Of a DNA stretch of 64,000 bases, positions 1 through 11,035 are shown piece after piece. The notes under the pieces were generated by a model. The model did no database searches. It was given only the letters and a program-made list of their open reading frames with translations, and was not told the origin of the DNA. The stretch is from a virus (taxonomy: Duplodnaviria > Caudoviricetes). Numbering within the stretch: position 1 is the stretch's first letter; each line of letters starts with the position of its first letter. Where the stretch lies: positions 1-64,000 of the IMG/VR virus record IMGVR_UViG_3300033463_000072. The stretch is one strand, 5' to 3'. The position numbers and the translations under genes were made by a program.

Positions 1-11
1 GAGGGAGACTA

Positions 12-1133
12 ATGACAAGTTCATTACAAGGATTAGATCCGGAATTGGATTTAATCGGAATAACTGTTCAAGACATTATCGATTCTATTACATTAGAAGA
101 TGTTTATACATTCTTAGAGAGTTTGGGAGTTGACCAGATTGCAATGTATCCTGAAAAGGGTTATTTGGTTTGCCCAACTATTTGTCATAATCCTCTTGAT
201 GAAGCCGAATCTATGAAATTATATTGGTATCAGAATAATAAGATATTTAGATGTTATACAGAATGTAATGAAGCAATGTCTATCTTCACTCTTTATCAAA
301 AGTTTATGCAGATAAACTATCATAGGGTAGAGTTTGAAGAAGCGTTTGATTATGTTAAGAAATGCTTAAAGCATATTGTAGTATCTGAAAAAAAGAAATA
401 TAAAGCAAGTGTAGATTTTGAGAGATATAAGTTTGACGCGGCAGTTCCACAACTAACAGAATATCCTAAAGCGATGTTATCTTATTTCTTGCCGAAACAT
501 CATCCACTGTGGCTGAAAGATGGTATTAAGCCAGAAGTTATGGATAAGTTTCATATTGGCTTTTTGCCCGCACAAAATAAGATAACGATTCCGCATTTTG
601 ACATAGATGGAAGATTGGTTGGTATTCGCGGCAGAACATTAGATCCCGAAGAAGCAGAGATGTGCGGAAAATATCGCCCGATTCAAATTGGAGATGTATT
701 ATACGCGCATCCATTACACTTTAACCTATATGGAATATATGAGCATAAAGATGCAATTAAGATGCGTCGAAGTGCAATTATTGCAGAAGGAGAAAAGTCC
801 GTATTGTTGGATGATGGGTATTATGGAGATTTAAGTAATACTGTGGCCTGTTGCGGATCAAACCTCAATAAATTTCAAATTAGCTTATTAACTAACATAT
901 TAGGCGCCAATGAAATAACTATTGCTTTTGATAAGGAATATGAAAGCTGGCGCTCGGAAGAAGCGCGGATTTATCGTGAAAAGATAGAGAATATGTGTAG
1001 GAAATATAAAGGACAAGCAACTTTCTATTATATATGGGATATGGATAATCTATTAGATTTGAAAGATTCCCCATTTGATAAAGGTAAAGAAGTATTTGAA
1101 GAACTTTTTAAACATAGGATTCGAGTAAGATAA
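12..1133 (+). CDS. DNA primase (Zn-binding N-terminus + TOPRIM)
   Basis: CPTICHN..CYTEC Zn motif; RITIP..GRLVGIRGR-like segment; TOPRIM EGEKS and AFDKE motifs. Confidence 0.85.
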   Translation: MTSSLQGLDPELDLIGITVQDIIDSITLEDVYTFLESLGVDQIAMYPEKGYLVCPTICHNPLDEAESMKLYWYQNNKIFRCYTECNEAMSIFTLYQKFMQINYHRVEFEEAFDYVKKCLKHIVVSEKKKYKASVDFERYKFDAAVPQLTEYPKAMLSYFLPKHHPLWLKDGIKPEVMDKFHIGFLPAQNKITIPHFDIDGRLVGIRGRTLDPEEAEMCGKYRPIQIGDVLYAHPLHFNLYGIYEHKDAIKMRRSAIIAEGEKSVLLDDGYYGDLSNTVACCGSNLNKFQISLLTNILGANEITIAFDKEYESWRSEEARIYREKIENMCRKYKGQATFYYIWDMDNLLDLKDSPFDKGKEVFEELFKHRIRVR

Positions 1134-1143
1134 GGAGATTATC

Positions 1144-2916
1144 ATGAAATATAAATTAAGAAAAGAATATAGTACAAATCCAAATAGAGCATTAAAGGAG
1201 TTACTACAAGACCGCGGCGTTGAAGATGTAGATAACTACCTAAATCCGAGTGCCAAGTGTGAACTTGACCCGCACCGTTTGAAGAATATTGATGCCGCCG
1301 CGGAAAAGTTATTGTATCATCTACGCAGAGATAGTGATATTCTATTTGTTGTTGACTGTGATGCTGATGGTTTTACCAGCTCTTCCATTCTTTGGCTATA
1401 TATTAAACATATCTTCCCAAAGGCACGTTTAGAGTTTACAGTGCATGAGCATAAGCAGCATGGTCTAAATGATAAGGTAGATTGGATTACAGATGAAGCC
1501 AAGTGGGACTTAGTTGTTTGTCCTGACGCCGGCAGTTATGATGTTGCAGAGCATCGTGCGCTTGCTGAACTAGGTATGGATGTTATCTGCTTGGATCACC
1601 ATGAACAGCTATATGATGAAAATGGCAATCCTGTTATATCTAATCTTCCTACCACTATTGTAGTAAACAATCAGTTATCACCAGATTATCCCAATAAATC
1701 ACTATGCGGTGCAGGTGTAGTTTATAAGTTCTGCGAAGTTCTTGATGAAATGCTTGGCATTGATCAGGCGCATGAATATATTGACCTTGCAGCATTGGGC
1801 GAAATTGCCGACGTTATGAATCGCTGTAATATAGAAACTAACTACATTATGCTGGAAGGGCTAAAGAATATTAAAAATTGCGGCTTCAAGGCTCTACTTA
1901 AAGCAGTAGAAACAACTCCAAGCCTGGGTGATCGTGCAAAGCCACCATATATTGGGCTTACTCCAATTGATATTGCTTTCTATATTGCCCCAATTATAAA
2001 TGCTATTACTCGTGTTGGTACACTAAAAGATAAAGAAGCAATGTTCTATTGTTTCGTAGAACCAGACCGTCCTATGCAGAGTACAAAGCGTGGTGCCAAG
2101 CCAGGAGATATTGAGCTTGCGGCCGAACAAACAGCCCGTGTGGGTAAGAATGCTAAGTCGCGGCAGGACACCATTAAAGAGCGAGCAATGGGCATAATTG
2201 ATTTTAAGATTCAAAAAGACAATCTGAATGATAATAATATTATTATTGTAGAATTAGATGCCTCAGATAATATTCCACAAGAACTAACTGGTTTAATCGC
2301 TATGGGCATTGTTACTAAGTATCACAAGCCTGTAATGATTGGTCGCCGCAATTACGATAATGAAATTCAAGGTAGTATCCGTTCTGATGGTAACTTCGCT
2401 GGTCTACCAAGTTTTAAGAAATTCCTTGAAGATAGTGGACTTGTTACCTATACTGCAGGCCATGATAACGCGGCCGGCTGGGGATTAAATGGTGATAAGC
2501 TGGAAGCACTAATAAATTATGCCAATGCAAATCTAAAAGCTGAAGACTTTGAGAATTGTTATATTGTTGATTATGTGCTGGATGCTTCCGACTATAATGA
2601 AGAACTACTTAGTGTAATCGCTTCTAATGCAAAGTATTTTGGAAACCAAGTAGAAGAAGTAAATGTAGTAATTAAGAATATTCCACTAATCAGTGTACTA
2701 GAAATGAAGTCTGATAGTATTCGTATTTCATATAATGGTATTGACTATGTGAAGTTTAGAGATCCTAAGTTTATTGAACAGATTATGAGCAATCGTCTAA
2801 AGAAGCTTACTGTATATGGTAAGGCAAAATTAAATGAATGGATGGGCAAAACTTCAGTTCAAGTATTTATTAACGACTATGAGTTAGGAGAGGACACTAG
2901 CAAATATGAGTTTTAA
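1144..2916 (+). CDS. recJ: RecJ-like ssDNA exonuclease (DHH/DHHA1)
   Basis: DCDADG motif I, DHH motif, GSIRS and GHDNAAG of DHHA1. Confidence 0.9.
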   Translation: MKYKLRKEYSTNPNRALKELLQDRGVEDVDNYLNPSAKCELDPHRLKNIDAAAEKLLYHLRRDSDILFVVDCDADGFTSSSILWLYIKHIFPKARLEFTVHEHKQHGLNDKVDWITDEAKWDLVVCPDAGSYDVAEHRALAELGMDVICLDHHEQLYDENGNPVISNLPTTIVVNNQLSPDYPNKSLCGAGVVYKFCEVLDEMLGIDQAHEYIDLAALGEIADVMNRCNIETNYIMLEGLKNIKNCGFKALLKAVETTPSLGDRAKPPYIGLTPIDIAFYIAPIINAITRVGTLKDKEAMFYCFVEPDRPMQSTKRGAKPGDIELAAEQTARVGKNAKSRQDTIKERAMGIIDFKIQKDNLNDNNIIIVELDASDNIPQELTGLIAMGIVTKYHKPVMIGRRNYDNEIQGSIRSDGNFAGLPSFKKFLEDSGLVTYTAGHDNAAGWGLNGDKLEALINYANANLKAEDFENCYIVDYVLDASDYNEELLSVIASNAKYFGNQVEEVNVVIKNIPLISVLEMKSDSIRISYNGIDYVKFRDPKFIEQIMSNRLKKLTVYGKAKLNEWMGKTSVQVFINDYELGEDTSKYEF

Positions 2917-3160
2917 AAATATTATTACGATTGGTAATCCAAATGCCACCAATTCTCATTTTAAAATAACAGCAAAAGTATCTTCTGGTAAAGCAGTAAT
3001 AGATCCCGTAGAATTTGATGTATATGCAGAAACTGCGGAAGAAGTGCTAGAATTAATAAATGCGTATTTTGATGACGAGTTCCAGAAAATTAAAGATGAA
3101 TATGATGATTTAACGGACGCGGAATGGGCATATCGTGATCATGAGAACCCTTATGGTTGA
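2906..3160 (+). CDS. hypothetical protein
   Basis: 84-aa ORF, AGGAGG RBS, in operon. Confidence 0.65.
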   Translation: MSFKNIITIGNPNATNSHFKITAKVSSGKAVIDPVEFDVYAETAEEVLELINAYFDDEFQKIKDEYDDLTDAEWAYRDHENPYG

Positions 3161-3172
3161 AAGGAGTAAATT

Positions 3173-3577
3173 ATGAAGATTGTATTACTATTTATTATGA
3201 TCTTTTGTCATATTGTAGATGATTACTACCTGCAAAAGGGTCTTTTAGCGAATCTGAAGCAGCGCAAATGGTGGGAAACTAATGCACCAGATCCTATGTA
3301 TAAAAATGATTATAAAGCCGCACTCCTGGCGCATGGCTTTTCCTGGGCATTTATGATTTTACTTCCTCTATTAGTGTTTATGATTATCAATGGAACAACT
3401 GGGGTATTTATATTTGGCTTTTATATTCCAGCTCTTATTTATAACACTTTAATGCACTGTTATATTGATAATGAAAAAGCAAATGAACATAGTATTAACT
3501 TAATTACTGATCAGCTCTGCCATATGGTTCAAATTGGTCTGACTTACATTTGGTTCTATGTTATAACCCTTATTTAA
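3173..3577 (+). CDS. DUF3307-like membrane protein
   Basis: HIVDDYYLQ, H..ID..K and DQ..H motifs with hydrophobic helices. Confidence 0.7.
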   Translation: MKIVLLFIMIFCHIVDDYYLQKGLLANLKQRKWWETNAPDPMYKNDYKAALLAHGFSWAFMILLPLLVFMIINGTTGVFIFGFYIPALIYNTLMHCYIDNEKANEHSINLITDQLCHMVQIGLTYIWFYVITLI

Positions 3578-3587
3578 TAAAAATAAT

Positions 3588-3616
3588 TTGACAAAAAATG
3601 AAATTTATGATATAAT
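3588..3616 (+). promoter_or_regulatory. sigmaA/sigma70 promoter for dnaE operon
   Basis: TTGACA-17-TATAAT with TG extension. Confidence 0.85.
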
Positions 3617-3640
3617 AGATATAGAAAAAGGAGTGATAAA

Positions 3641-6600
3641 ATGTCAAAATATCCTGGTTCGTTACATAACCATACTGAATATAGTAATGAAACTTTGCGC
3701 GACTGTATTAATACAGTCCCAGGGTTGATTGATTTGGCTATTGAACTTGGGCATGAATGTGTGGCGATCACAGACCATGAAACTATATCAAGTTATATTA
3801 AAGCTGAAAAGTATTATAAAAAGATAAAAGAAAAGAATCCTGATTTTAAGTTGATTCGTGGTAATGAAATTTATCTCACAAGAAATGGTTTAACCGCGAA
3901 AAATTATGATAGATTAAAGGATCGTTACTTCCACTTTATCCTTTTAGCAAAGGATTTAGTAGGATATAAACAAATTTGTCAGTTGTCTACAAGAGCTTGG
4001 CAGCGTTCATATATGAGTCGCCGCCAGCGCAGACGTCCAACTTACTATCAAGATTTAAAGGATATTGTAAAGCCCGATCAAGGGCACTTAATTGCATCAA
4101 GTGCATGTCTTGGTTCCCAGTTGGATAAGTTTCTATTAAGATATATGGATACTGGCGACCAAGAGTATTATGAAACAGCAAAACGCTGGTGCGAATATAT
4201 TGTTGATATTTTTGGGGAAGGCAATTTCTACTTGGAAATGCAACCATCTGATAGTGTAGAACAAAAGTTTGTAAACGTTCAGCTTCTTCAGATCTCCCAA
4301 GAATTAGGTATTAAATATATCATAACAACCGATAGTCATTATGGTCGTCCAGAAGATGCTTCAATTCATGAAGCGTTCTTAAATGCACAGGATGGTGACC
4401 GTGAGGTTAAAACATTCTATGCGACGACTTATATGATGAAAGATGAAGAAATTAGAAGTTTCTTCCCTTATCTCACAGAAGATCAAATTGAAGCAGCATA
4501 CGCGGCGATCCGTGAAATTAAAGATAAGTGTGAAGACTTCAGTATCCTAAAGCCGCTAAAGATTCCGAGTCTTCCTTGGCGGAATTTTTCAGAAATAGGT
4601 TTAAGGGAATTAGAATGGATGGAAGAAAGAATGCCGGCAATAGCGCATTTCCATTCATCTGAATATATAGCAGATAATGCTCTAGTAGATGCGTTGTATG
4701 AAGGAATACAAAAACATCCAGATTTACAGAATGAAGAAGCATACAAAGCATTAAATGAATGTCTTGAAATGACATGGGAATCTTCTCAAGTAAACAATGC
4801 ACAATGGAGCGCATACTTCCTCAATCTTCAAAAGATTATTGATGAATGTTGGAACGCAGGAACAATTGTTCTACCGGCACGTGGTTCTGGTATGGGCTTC
4901 GTTCTTCTATATGCTTTGGATATTATTCAAATCAATTGTCTCCGAGAAAAGACAAAGACATATCCTTGGCGATTCTTGAATCCAGCGCGTGTATCGGTAC
5001 TTGATATTGACGTTGATATTGAAGGTGTACGTCGAGCGCAAACGCTTGAACATCTCCGCAAAGTATATGGCGCAAATCGAGTATCAAACGTTGCAACATT
5101 TAAGACTGAAAAGTCTAAGTCAGCAATTCAAACTGCGGCTCGTGGTTTGGGAATTGATGTTGATGAAGCGTCTTATATTTCAAACTTGATTCCAAGTGAA
5201 CGTGGTGCAGTTTATACATTAAAGCAAACCTATTATGGCGATGAAGAAAATGGTATCGCGCCGAGTCAGACATTTATAAATGAAGTAAATAAGTATCCTA
5301 AGTTGTGGGAAGTCGCACAGCGAATTGAAGGTTTGATTTGCGGTCAAGGTATTCACGCAGGCGGTGTAGTATTTACAGATGAAGACTTTACAGAGTCGAG
5401 TGCTTTGATGCGGGCGCCTGATGGCACGATTATAACACAGTTTGAGCTACATGACCTTGAAGACGTGTCCATGATTAAGATGGACTTGTTGAGTGTTGAA
5501 GCCGCGGATAAGATTCATACATGTTTGGATCTTCTCGCAGATCAAGGATATATTGAAAGAAAGCCGACACTGAGAGAAACATATGAAAATGCTCTTGGTG
5601 TATATAAGATAAATCGTGATGATGAACGTATGTGGGATATGGTTCAGAATCATGAGATTGTAAGTCTGTTCCAAATGGAACAGCAGAGTGGTGTGCGTGG
5701 TATTGCGCTAACGCACCCACGAACGGTTGACGAACTTGCAGTACTTAACTCTGTTATCCGACTAATGGCAACAGAGAAGGGCGCAGAAAGTCCACTTGAT
5801 AAATATGCACGATTCAGACTTAGTCCTAAAGATTGGGATAAGGAAATGTTCGATATGGGATTAAACCCAAAAGAGCGTCAAATCATGCATGATGAATTAG
5901 ATATCTCAAATGGACTATCAATCACGCAGGAACAGTTTATGAAGCTTGTTCAATTGCCAGAGTGTGGTGGATGGGATCTACAATGGGCGGACAAACTTCG
6001 TAAGTCAATCGCAAAGAAGAACCCTAAAGAATATGATGCTTTAACTAAGCAGTTCTTTGAAAATGCAGAAGAAAAGAACTTGAGTAAAGCATTTTGTAAC
6101 TATGTGTGGAATATTGAAATCGCGCTATCTCGTGGATACGGTTTTAATGCAGCGCACACGTACTCCTACTCGATGGTAGCTCTTCAGGAAATGAATCTTG
6201 CACGATTTTATCCAATTATCTTCTGGAATACCGCGAACTTAATTGTTGATAGCGGCGGTATCCAAACTGATGAAAATGTAGATGAAGATGAAGGTTTGGA
6301 TGTTGAACCGGAAGATGATATGGAAGAAGAAGAACAAGAAGAATGGGAAGAGGAAAACGAAATAGAGGATTCCACAGAAGGAGAAAAAGAAGATAAGAAA
6401 AAGGATAAGGCAAAGACAGTTGACTATGGTAAGGTTGCAACTGCAATTGGCCGATTTGGTGGTTATGGAATTAAGGTTTCACCGCCAGATATAAATTATT
6501 CTTCTTACACATTTACTCCGGTTGTAGATAGAAATGAAATCTTATATGGATTGCGTGGTATCACGCGACTGTCTATCTCTACAATTAAAGAGATAATGGA

Positions 6601-7606
6601 TAATCGTCCATTTACATCTATGGAAGATTTCTTAGCAAAGATTAAAGTGAACAAGATTCAAATGTCTAACCTAATTAAATGCGGAGCATTTGATGCATTA
6701 GTCGGACTACCTCGTGAACAAATTATGGAAAAGTATATTGGCATGATTGCGGATCAAAAGCAGAGAATAACTTTGCAGAATATGCAGATGCTAATTGACC
6801 ATGATTTGATTCCAGAAGAAATGATATTTGGTAAGAAATTATTCCTCTTCAATAAGTTCCTAAAGAAACAAAAAGCAAAGGAGTATTATGATTTAAATGA
6901 CGCTGCCGTCAATTTTATTGCTAGCCATTTTGGCGCTGACTGGTTACATAATGGAACTATGATCTCCGTACCTGTCTGGGAAGGATTATATAAGAAGGGT
7001 ATGGAGCCAATGAGAGCATATTTAAAGGAGCATAAAGATGAAATGCTCAAAGCATTGAATGATGCATTGTACAAAGAAATGTATGATAAATATGCGGCCG
7101 GCAATATCTCACATTGGGAAATGGAATCTGTAAGTTTCTACAGTAATAAGCATGAGCTAAGTGACTCTCAATATCTATATGATGATTTCTTCAAGCTACC
7201 AACTGAACCAGAAGTAGATTATACTTTCTTTGGTAAAGACGGTAATGAGGTTAGAATCTATACGTTAAAGAAAATTATTGGTACAGTAATTGATAAGAGC
7301 AAGATGAAGAATACAGTTACATTATTAACTCCGACCGGTGTTGTTAATGTAAAGATTTATAAGAACCAATACGCTGGATATGATAAGCAATTATCAGAAA
7401 AAGGCGCAGATGGTAAGAAACATGTTAAGGAAAAAAGCTGGTTTAGCCGCGGAACATTGCTGATGATCCAAGGTATTAAACGCGGTCAAGACTTCATTCC
7501 GAAGAAGCGCAAAGATAGCTTCTATCCGATTATCTCTAAGATAACTGATATACATGATGATGGAACATTAGAGTTCCAGACTGAAAGGGCGGAAATTGTA
7601 GAATGA
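3641..7606 (+). CDS. dnaE: DNA polymerase III alpha subunit (family C)
   Basis: PHP domain (HNHTEYS, AITDH), RGSG, DIDVD catalytic motif, GIHAGG, KMDLL, YGFNAAH, C-terminal OB fold. Confidence 0.95.
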   Translation: MSKYPGSLHNHTEYSNETLRDCINTVPGLIDLAIELGHECVAITDHETISSYIKAEKYYKKIKEKNPDFKLIRGNEIYLTRNGLTAKNYDRLKDRYFHFILLAKDLVGYKQICQLSTRAWQRSYMSRRQRRRPTYYQDLKDIVKPDQGHLIASSACLGSQLDKFLLRYMDTGDQEYYETAKRWCEYIVDIFGEGNFYLEMQPSDSVEQKFVNVQLLQISQELGIKYIITTDSHYGRPEDASIHEAFLNAQDGDREVKTFYATTYMMKDEEIRSFFPYLTEDQIEAAYAAIREIKDKCEDFSILKPLKIPSLPWRNFSEIGLRELEWMEERMPAIAHFHSSEYIADNALVDALYEGIQKHPDLQNEEAYKALNECLEMTWESSQVNNAQWSAYFLNLQKIIDECWNAGTIVLPARGSGMGFVLLYALDIIQINCLREKTKTYPWRFLNPARVSVLDIDVDIEGVRRAQTLEHLRKVYGANRVSNVATFKTEKSKSAIQTAARGLGIDVDEASYISNLIPSERGAVYTLKQTYYGDEENGIAPSQTFINEVNKYPKLWEVAQRIEGLICGQGIHAGGVVFTDEDFTESSALMRAPDGTIITQFELHDLEDVSMIKMDLLSVEAADKIHTCLDLLADQGYIERKPTLRETYENALGVYKINRDDERMWDMVQNHEIVSLFQMEQQSGVRGIALTHPRTVDELAVLNSVIRLMATEKGAESPLDKYARFRLSPKDWDKEMFDMGLNPKERQIMHDELDISNGLSITQEQFMKLVQLPECGGWDLQWADKLRKSIAKKNPKEYDALTKQFFENAEEKNLSKAFCNYVWNIEIALSRGYGFNAAHTYSYSMVALQEMNLARFYPIIFWNTANLIVDSGGIQTDENVDEDEGLDVEPEDDMEEEEQEEWEEENEIEDSTEGEKEDKKKDKAKTVDYGKVATAIGRFGGYGIKVSPPDINYSSYTFTPVVDRNEILYGLRGITRLSISTIKEIMDNRPFTSMEDFLAKIKVNKIQMSNLIKCGAFDALVGLPREQIMEKYIGMIADQKQRITLQNMQMLIDHDLIPEEMIFGKKLFLFNKFLKKQKAKEYYDLNDAAVNFIASHFGADWLHNGTMISVPVWEGLYKKGMEPMRAYLKEHKDEMLKALNDALYKEMYDKYAAGNISHWEMESVSFYSNKHELSDSQYLYDDFFKLPTEPEVDYTFFGKDGNEVRIYTLKKIIGTVIDKSKMKNTVTLLTPTGVVNVKIYKNQYAGYDKQLSEKGADGKKHVKEKSWFSRGTLLMIQGIKRGQDFIPKKRKDSFYPIISKITDIHDDGTLEFQTERAEIVE

Positions 7607-8694
7607 TAGGCTTAGTTGATCTACAATTGCAGAGCTGGGATAAACCTCAGCTCTGCCCTCCCAATTTAGAGATAATGAAACTTGCTACTTATTATCAGGC
7701 AGAAGAAAATAAATTCTGTCGTCTTATAAACTTGGATGAAACTGAATTAAGCGGTTATGAAAAAGTATATGTATTCAGTGAATCTAAGGATCATATTACA
7801 GTACCAGAAGCATTTAAACGCGCCGATAATGTGGTATTCGGCGGTACAGCTTTTACAAACGGTATATATGTACCATTTGAAAATAAACTAATTGATTATA
7901 CTATTGCGCGCCCGCGCATATACGCAAACTTCTTAAAGGAAAAATATCAAGCTGGACTTAAAGAGATTGAAGTTACACGCTTACTTGATAATTCCTATTA
8001 TAGATGGCATGCTGGCGAAACGCCGCTACCATTACCTGCAATTAAGAAACGGCATCGTATTTATATATACGATAGAGAATTTTTCCAAGAAGGCTGGCGC
8101 AAAATAATAGATAGGATAATAGATCGAGGGCCTTCCTCTATTAACTTTATTCATCCCGCGCATTATAAACATATTTCCGACTTCTTAGAGGTTCGTGAAA
8201 ACGCTTTAATTGCTCGCGGGAATGACGCATTTCTCGATCTTGATATTCCTCTAAAAGAAACACCAATTCTAATGAAACTTTACAAAAATCGATTACTTGC
8301 AGTAATCAGTCAGAGTTCCCAAGTGTACATTACACTTGGAGGCTCTTTTCATTATCAATCAGATTATCTGAAAGATATAATTTATAAACTTAATTTATTA
8401 TACGTATTTTGGAGTTGTAAGATTCCATTAAAGATAAAATACGAAGAGCCAACGTTGGGTTGTTATAATCCAATCGCGGACTTATCCAAACTAATATCAA
8501 CGTGGTCGCAAGGTGAAACCTGTCATGTAAAAAGTATTGTAGATAGGATACCAAAAGACAAGAAATTAACTGAAATACGTCCGGAACGTGAACAGCTTAG
8601 AGTAATATTAGACAGATATCCGTCATCTAAAACTTTATTTTACCAAACCACGGAAACAGCTAAACAAGGAGGCTTCTGGAAATATGGATATTAA
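7603..8694 (+). CDS. hypothetical protein; N-terminus resembles phage radical-SAM-like family but lacks CxxxCxxC
   Basis: IGLVD...PNLEIMKLATYY...YEKVY...GGTAF pattern; no Fe-S triad found. Confidence 0.5.
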   Translation: MIGLVDLQLQSWDKPQLCPPNLEIMKLATYYQAEENKFCRLINLDETELSGYEKVYVFSESKDHITVPEAFKRADNVVFGGTAFTNGIYVPFENKLIDYTIARPRIYANFLKEKYQAGLKEIEVTRLLDNSYYRWHAGETPLPLPAIKKRHRIYIYDREFFQEGWRKIIDRIIDRGPSSINFIHPAHYKHISDFLEVRENALIARGNDAFLDLDIPLKETPILMKLYKNRLLAVISQSSQVYITLGGSFHYQSDYLKDIIYKLNLLYVFWSCKIPLKIKYEEPTLGCYNPIADLSKLISTWSQGETCHVKSIVDRIPKDKKLTEIRPEREQLRVILDRYPSSKTLFYQTTETAKQGGFWKYGY

Positions 8695-8890
8695 CAATGT
8701 TAAAGCTACATATGAGCAGCTAAAATCCGATTTAAAACATGCATTATCACGCATGGAACGTAGCGATCGTGTTTTCGCCATTAGAGATCAGATGATTGAT
8801 CTACAAAATATGTGTCCACATAATAATGGGAACTATGATTTTTCTGATACAGATGAGTGCCCTTATTGCGGAAAGCGCTTTAAGGGGTGA
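8684..8890 (+). CDS. small protein with Cys motifs (CPH...CPYCG)
   Basis: 68-aa ORF coupled to neighbours. Confidence 0.65.
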   Translation: MDINNVKATYEQLKSDLKHALSRMERSDRVFAIRDQMIDLQNMCPHNNGNYDFSDTDECPYCGKRFKG

Positions 8891-8894
8891 GCTT

Positions 8895-9119
8895 ATGACA
8901 GAAATATATACATTACCATCTTGTCCTATTTGTGAAATGGTCAAGAAAAAACTCGCGGCGAAAGCTATTCCATTCGTAGAACGACAATTTGAAGAACTAC
9001 CAAAAGAATTAGACACTGACCGCGCACCAGTATTAGCCATAGATGATGCAAAGCATCCAGGCTACCCAATATATTTACTATCTCCAATAGAGATAAATGA
9101 ATGGATACAGGCGGTGTAA
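8895..9119 (+). CDS. NrdH/glutaredoxin-like redoxin
   Basis: YTLPSCPICEMVK CxxC motif, APV; immediately upstream of nrdD. Confidence 0.8.
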   Translation: MTEIYTLPSCPICEMVKKKLAAKAIPFVERQFEELPKELDTDRAPVLAIDDAKHPGYPIYLLSPIEINEWIQAV

Positions 9120-9121
9120 GT

Positions 9122-11035
9122 ATGGACATTAAAGTACGACTAAATAAAAACTTCCAAACTGCATACAATCGTATGACAGAATTATATGGAGAAGAAATGG
9201 CTTATCTAAATGGTTTTGGAGATAAGCAGTTATCATATACTGACTTTATTGATAACTTTATTGATAAAGATACAGTTGCCGATGCCTCTGTAGATGGCAA
9301 TTCAAATGTAGGCAATAAAGATATGCGGACTCTGATGAATGAAATGCCAAAGCCGCACAGAAAGCTACTTGCTTTTAACAAGATTTTCTATGAAATGAAT
9401 AAGCGTTATGGATTTAAAGATGCTAATGAGTGGCTTGAAAAGGAATGGACTAAAGCACTCTATATGCACGACGCAGATACAAGTACCTATGTTCATTACT
9501 GCTTTGCTTATGACCTAAAGGATGTTGCAGAGAAAGGATTATTCTTCCTAAATAACTTCAATGCAGAACCTCCAAAACACCTAAGTACATTTGTAGATTT
9601 CGTTAAAGAATATATTAGTTTCGCGGCCAATCGCTCTTCTGGCGCAGTTGGCTTACCTAACTTAATTCCATATATGTATTACTTCTGGAAAAAAGATGTA
9701 GAAAATGGCTATGCTACAAAGTCTCCGGATTATTATGCGAAGCAACAGATTCAACGTTTCGTATACGCAGTAAATCAACCCTATGTTCGTGATGGTATGC
9801 AGAGTGCATTTACTAACTGTTCTGTATATGATATGAAATATCTTGAGGCGCTATTCGCTGGAAGTCAATTCCCAGATGGCTCCTTTATGATTGATGAGTT
9901 AATGGGAATTCAAGATTTCCAAAAGGTATTTATGGAAACTATCGCGGAAATCCGCCAACATAATATGTTCACTTTCCCCGTTCTCACTATCTCCCTACTT
10001 CGTAAGGATGGTAAGTTCGCAGATGAAGAATTTGCACGTTGGGGCATTGAACATAACAGAATTTGGAGTGACTCTAACCTATTCATTGATGATAGTGTAA
10101 ACTCTCTAAGTAACTGTTGCCGCCTAAAGAGTAATATCGAAGACTTAGGATACTTTAATAGTATCGGTGGTACAGCATTAAAGGTTGGTTCTGTAAAAGT
10201 TTCTACTGTAAATCTTGCGCGCCTCGCGCTTGAATATGCTGGTGATGAAGATCTCTATCTCGCGGCATTACGGGATCTTGTAGAGCTAGATTGCAAAGCT
10301 CTTGATTGTGTACGTCATATCATTGAACGTAATGTAGAAAAAGGTCTTCTACCAAACTTCTCTAAAGGAATTGTAGACTTTGAGCATCTTTATAATACCG
10401 TTGGTATTATTGGCATCTACGAAACAATGAAAACATTCGGCTACACTCGTGAAGATGAACTTGGAAATGTTTATTATACAGAAAAAGCTGATGCCTTTGG
10501 TAAACGAATCTTTGAAATGATTCATGCAACTAAAGATGGTTTCGCGGCAGATAAAGATTACAAGATCAATATTGAACAAATCCCGGGTGAATCCGCGGCA
10601 GCAAAGATGCAGATTGCAGATGAATTCTTCTATCCTGATGAGGTAGTCAAAGACCTACCATTATATGGTAATCAGTTCATTCCTCTAGGAATTAAAACTA
10701 CTATGGTAGAGCGCATCCGTATCGCTTCTCTATTTGATAGCTATTGCAACGGCGGTAGTATCGCACATTTAAATATTGATGCTCCATTTGATAGCTTTGA
10801 GAAGGCGTGGGAAGCAGTTAATTATATTGCGGATCAAGGCTTAACCTATTTTGCTTTTAATACAAAGATTCAAGCCTGTGCAAAGAACCATGCGTTCTAT
10901 GGTACAAAATGCCCTGTTTGCGGCGGTGACGTTGCAACTGAATATACACGTATAGTTGGCTTCTATACCCCAATTAAATCTTGGTGTAAAGAACGTAAGG
11001 CAGAATTTAAATTGCGCCAATGGGAGCATATATAA
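9122..11035 (+). CDS. nrdD: anaerobic ribonucleoside-triphosphate reductase (class III), no ATP-cone
   Basis: SNCCRL finger loop, C-terminal CxxxH..CPVCG and TRIVGFY glycyl-radical motif. Confidence 0.93.
   Translation: MDIKVRLNKNFQTAYNRMTELYGEEMAYLNGFGDKQLSYTDFIDNFIDKDTVADASVDGNSNVGNKDMRTLMNEMPKPHRKLLAFNKIFYEMNKRYGFKDANEWLEKEWTKALYMHDADTSTYVHYCFAYDLKDVAEKGLFFLNNFNAEPPKHLSTFVDFVKEYISFAANRSSGAVGLPNLIPYMYYFWKKDVENGYATKSPDYYAKQQIQRFVYAVNQPYVRDGMQSAFTNCSVYDMKYLEALFAGSQFPDGSFMIDELMGIQDFQKVFMETIAEIRQHNMFTFPVLTISLLRKDGKFADEEFARWGIEHNRIWSDSNLFIDDSVNSLSNCCRLKSNIEDLGYFNSIGGTALKVGSVKVSTVNLARLALEYAGDEDLYLAALRDLVELDCKALDCVRHIIERNVEKGLLPNFSKGIVDFEHLYNTVGIIGIYETMKTFGYTREDELGNVYYTEKADAFGKRIFEMIHATKDGFAADKDYKINIEQIPGESAAAKMQIADEFFYPDEVVKDLPLYGNQFIPLGIKTTMVERIRIASLFDSYCNGGSIAHLNIDAPFDSFEKAWEAVNYIADQGLTYFAFNTKIQACAKNHAFYGTKCPVCGGDVATEYTRIVGFYTPIKSWCKERKAEFKLRQWEHI

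Noticed and set aside
3641-11035. Inteins or introns in dnaE or nrdD
   Set aside because: Core motifs are contiguous at expected spacing; no C...HN splice motifs or LAGLIDADG.
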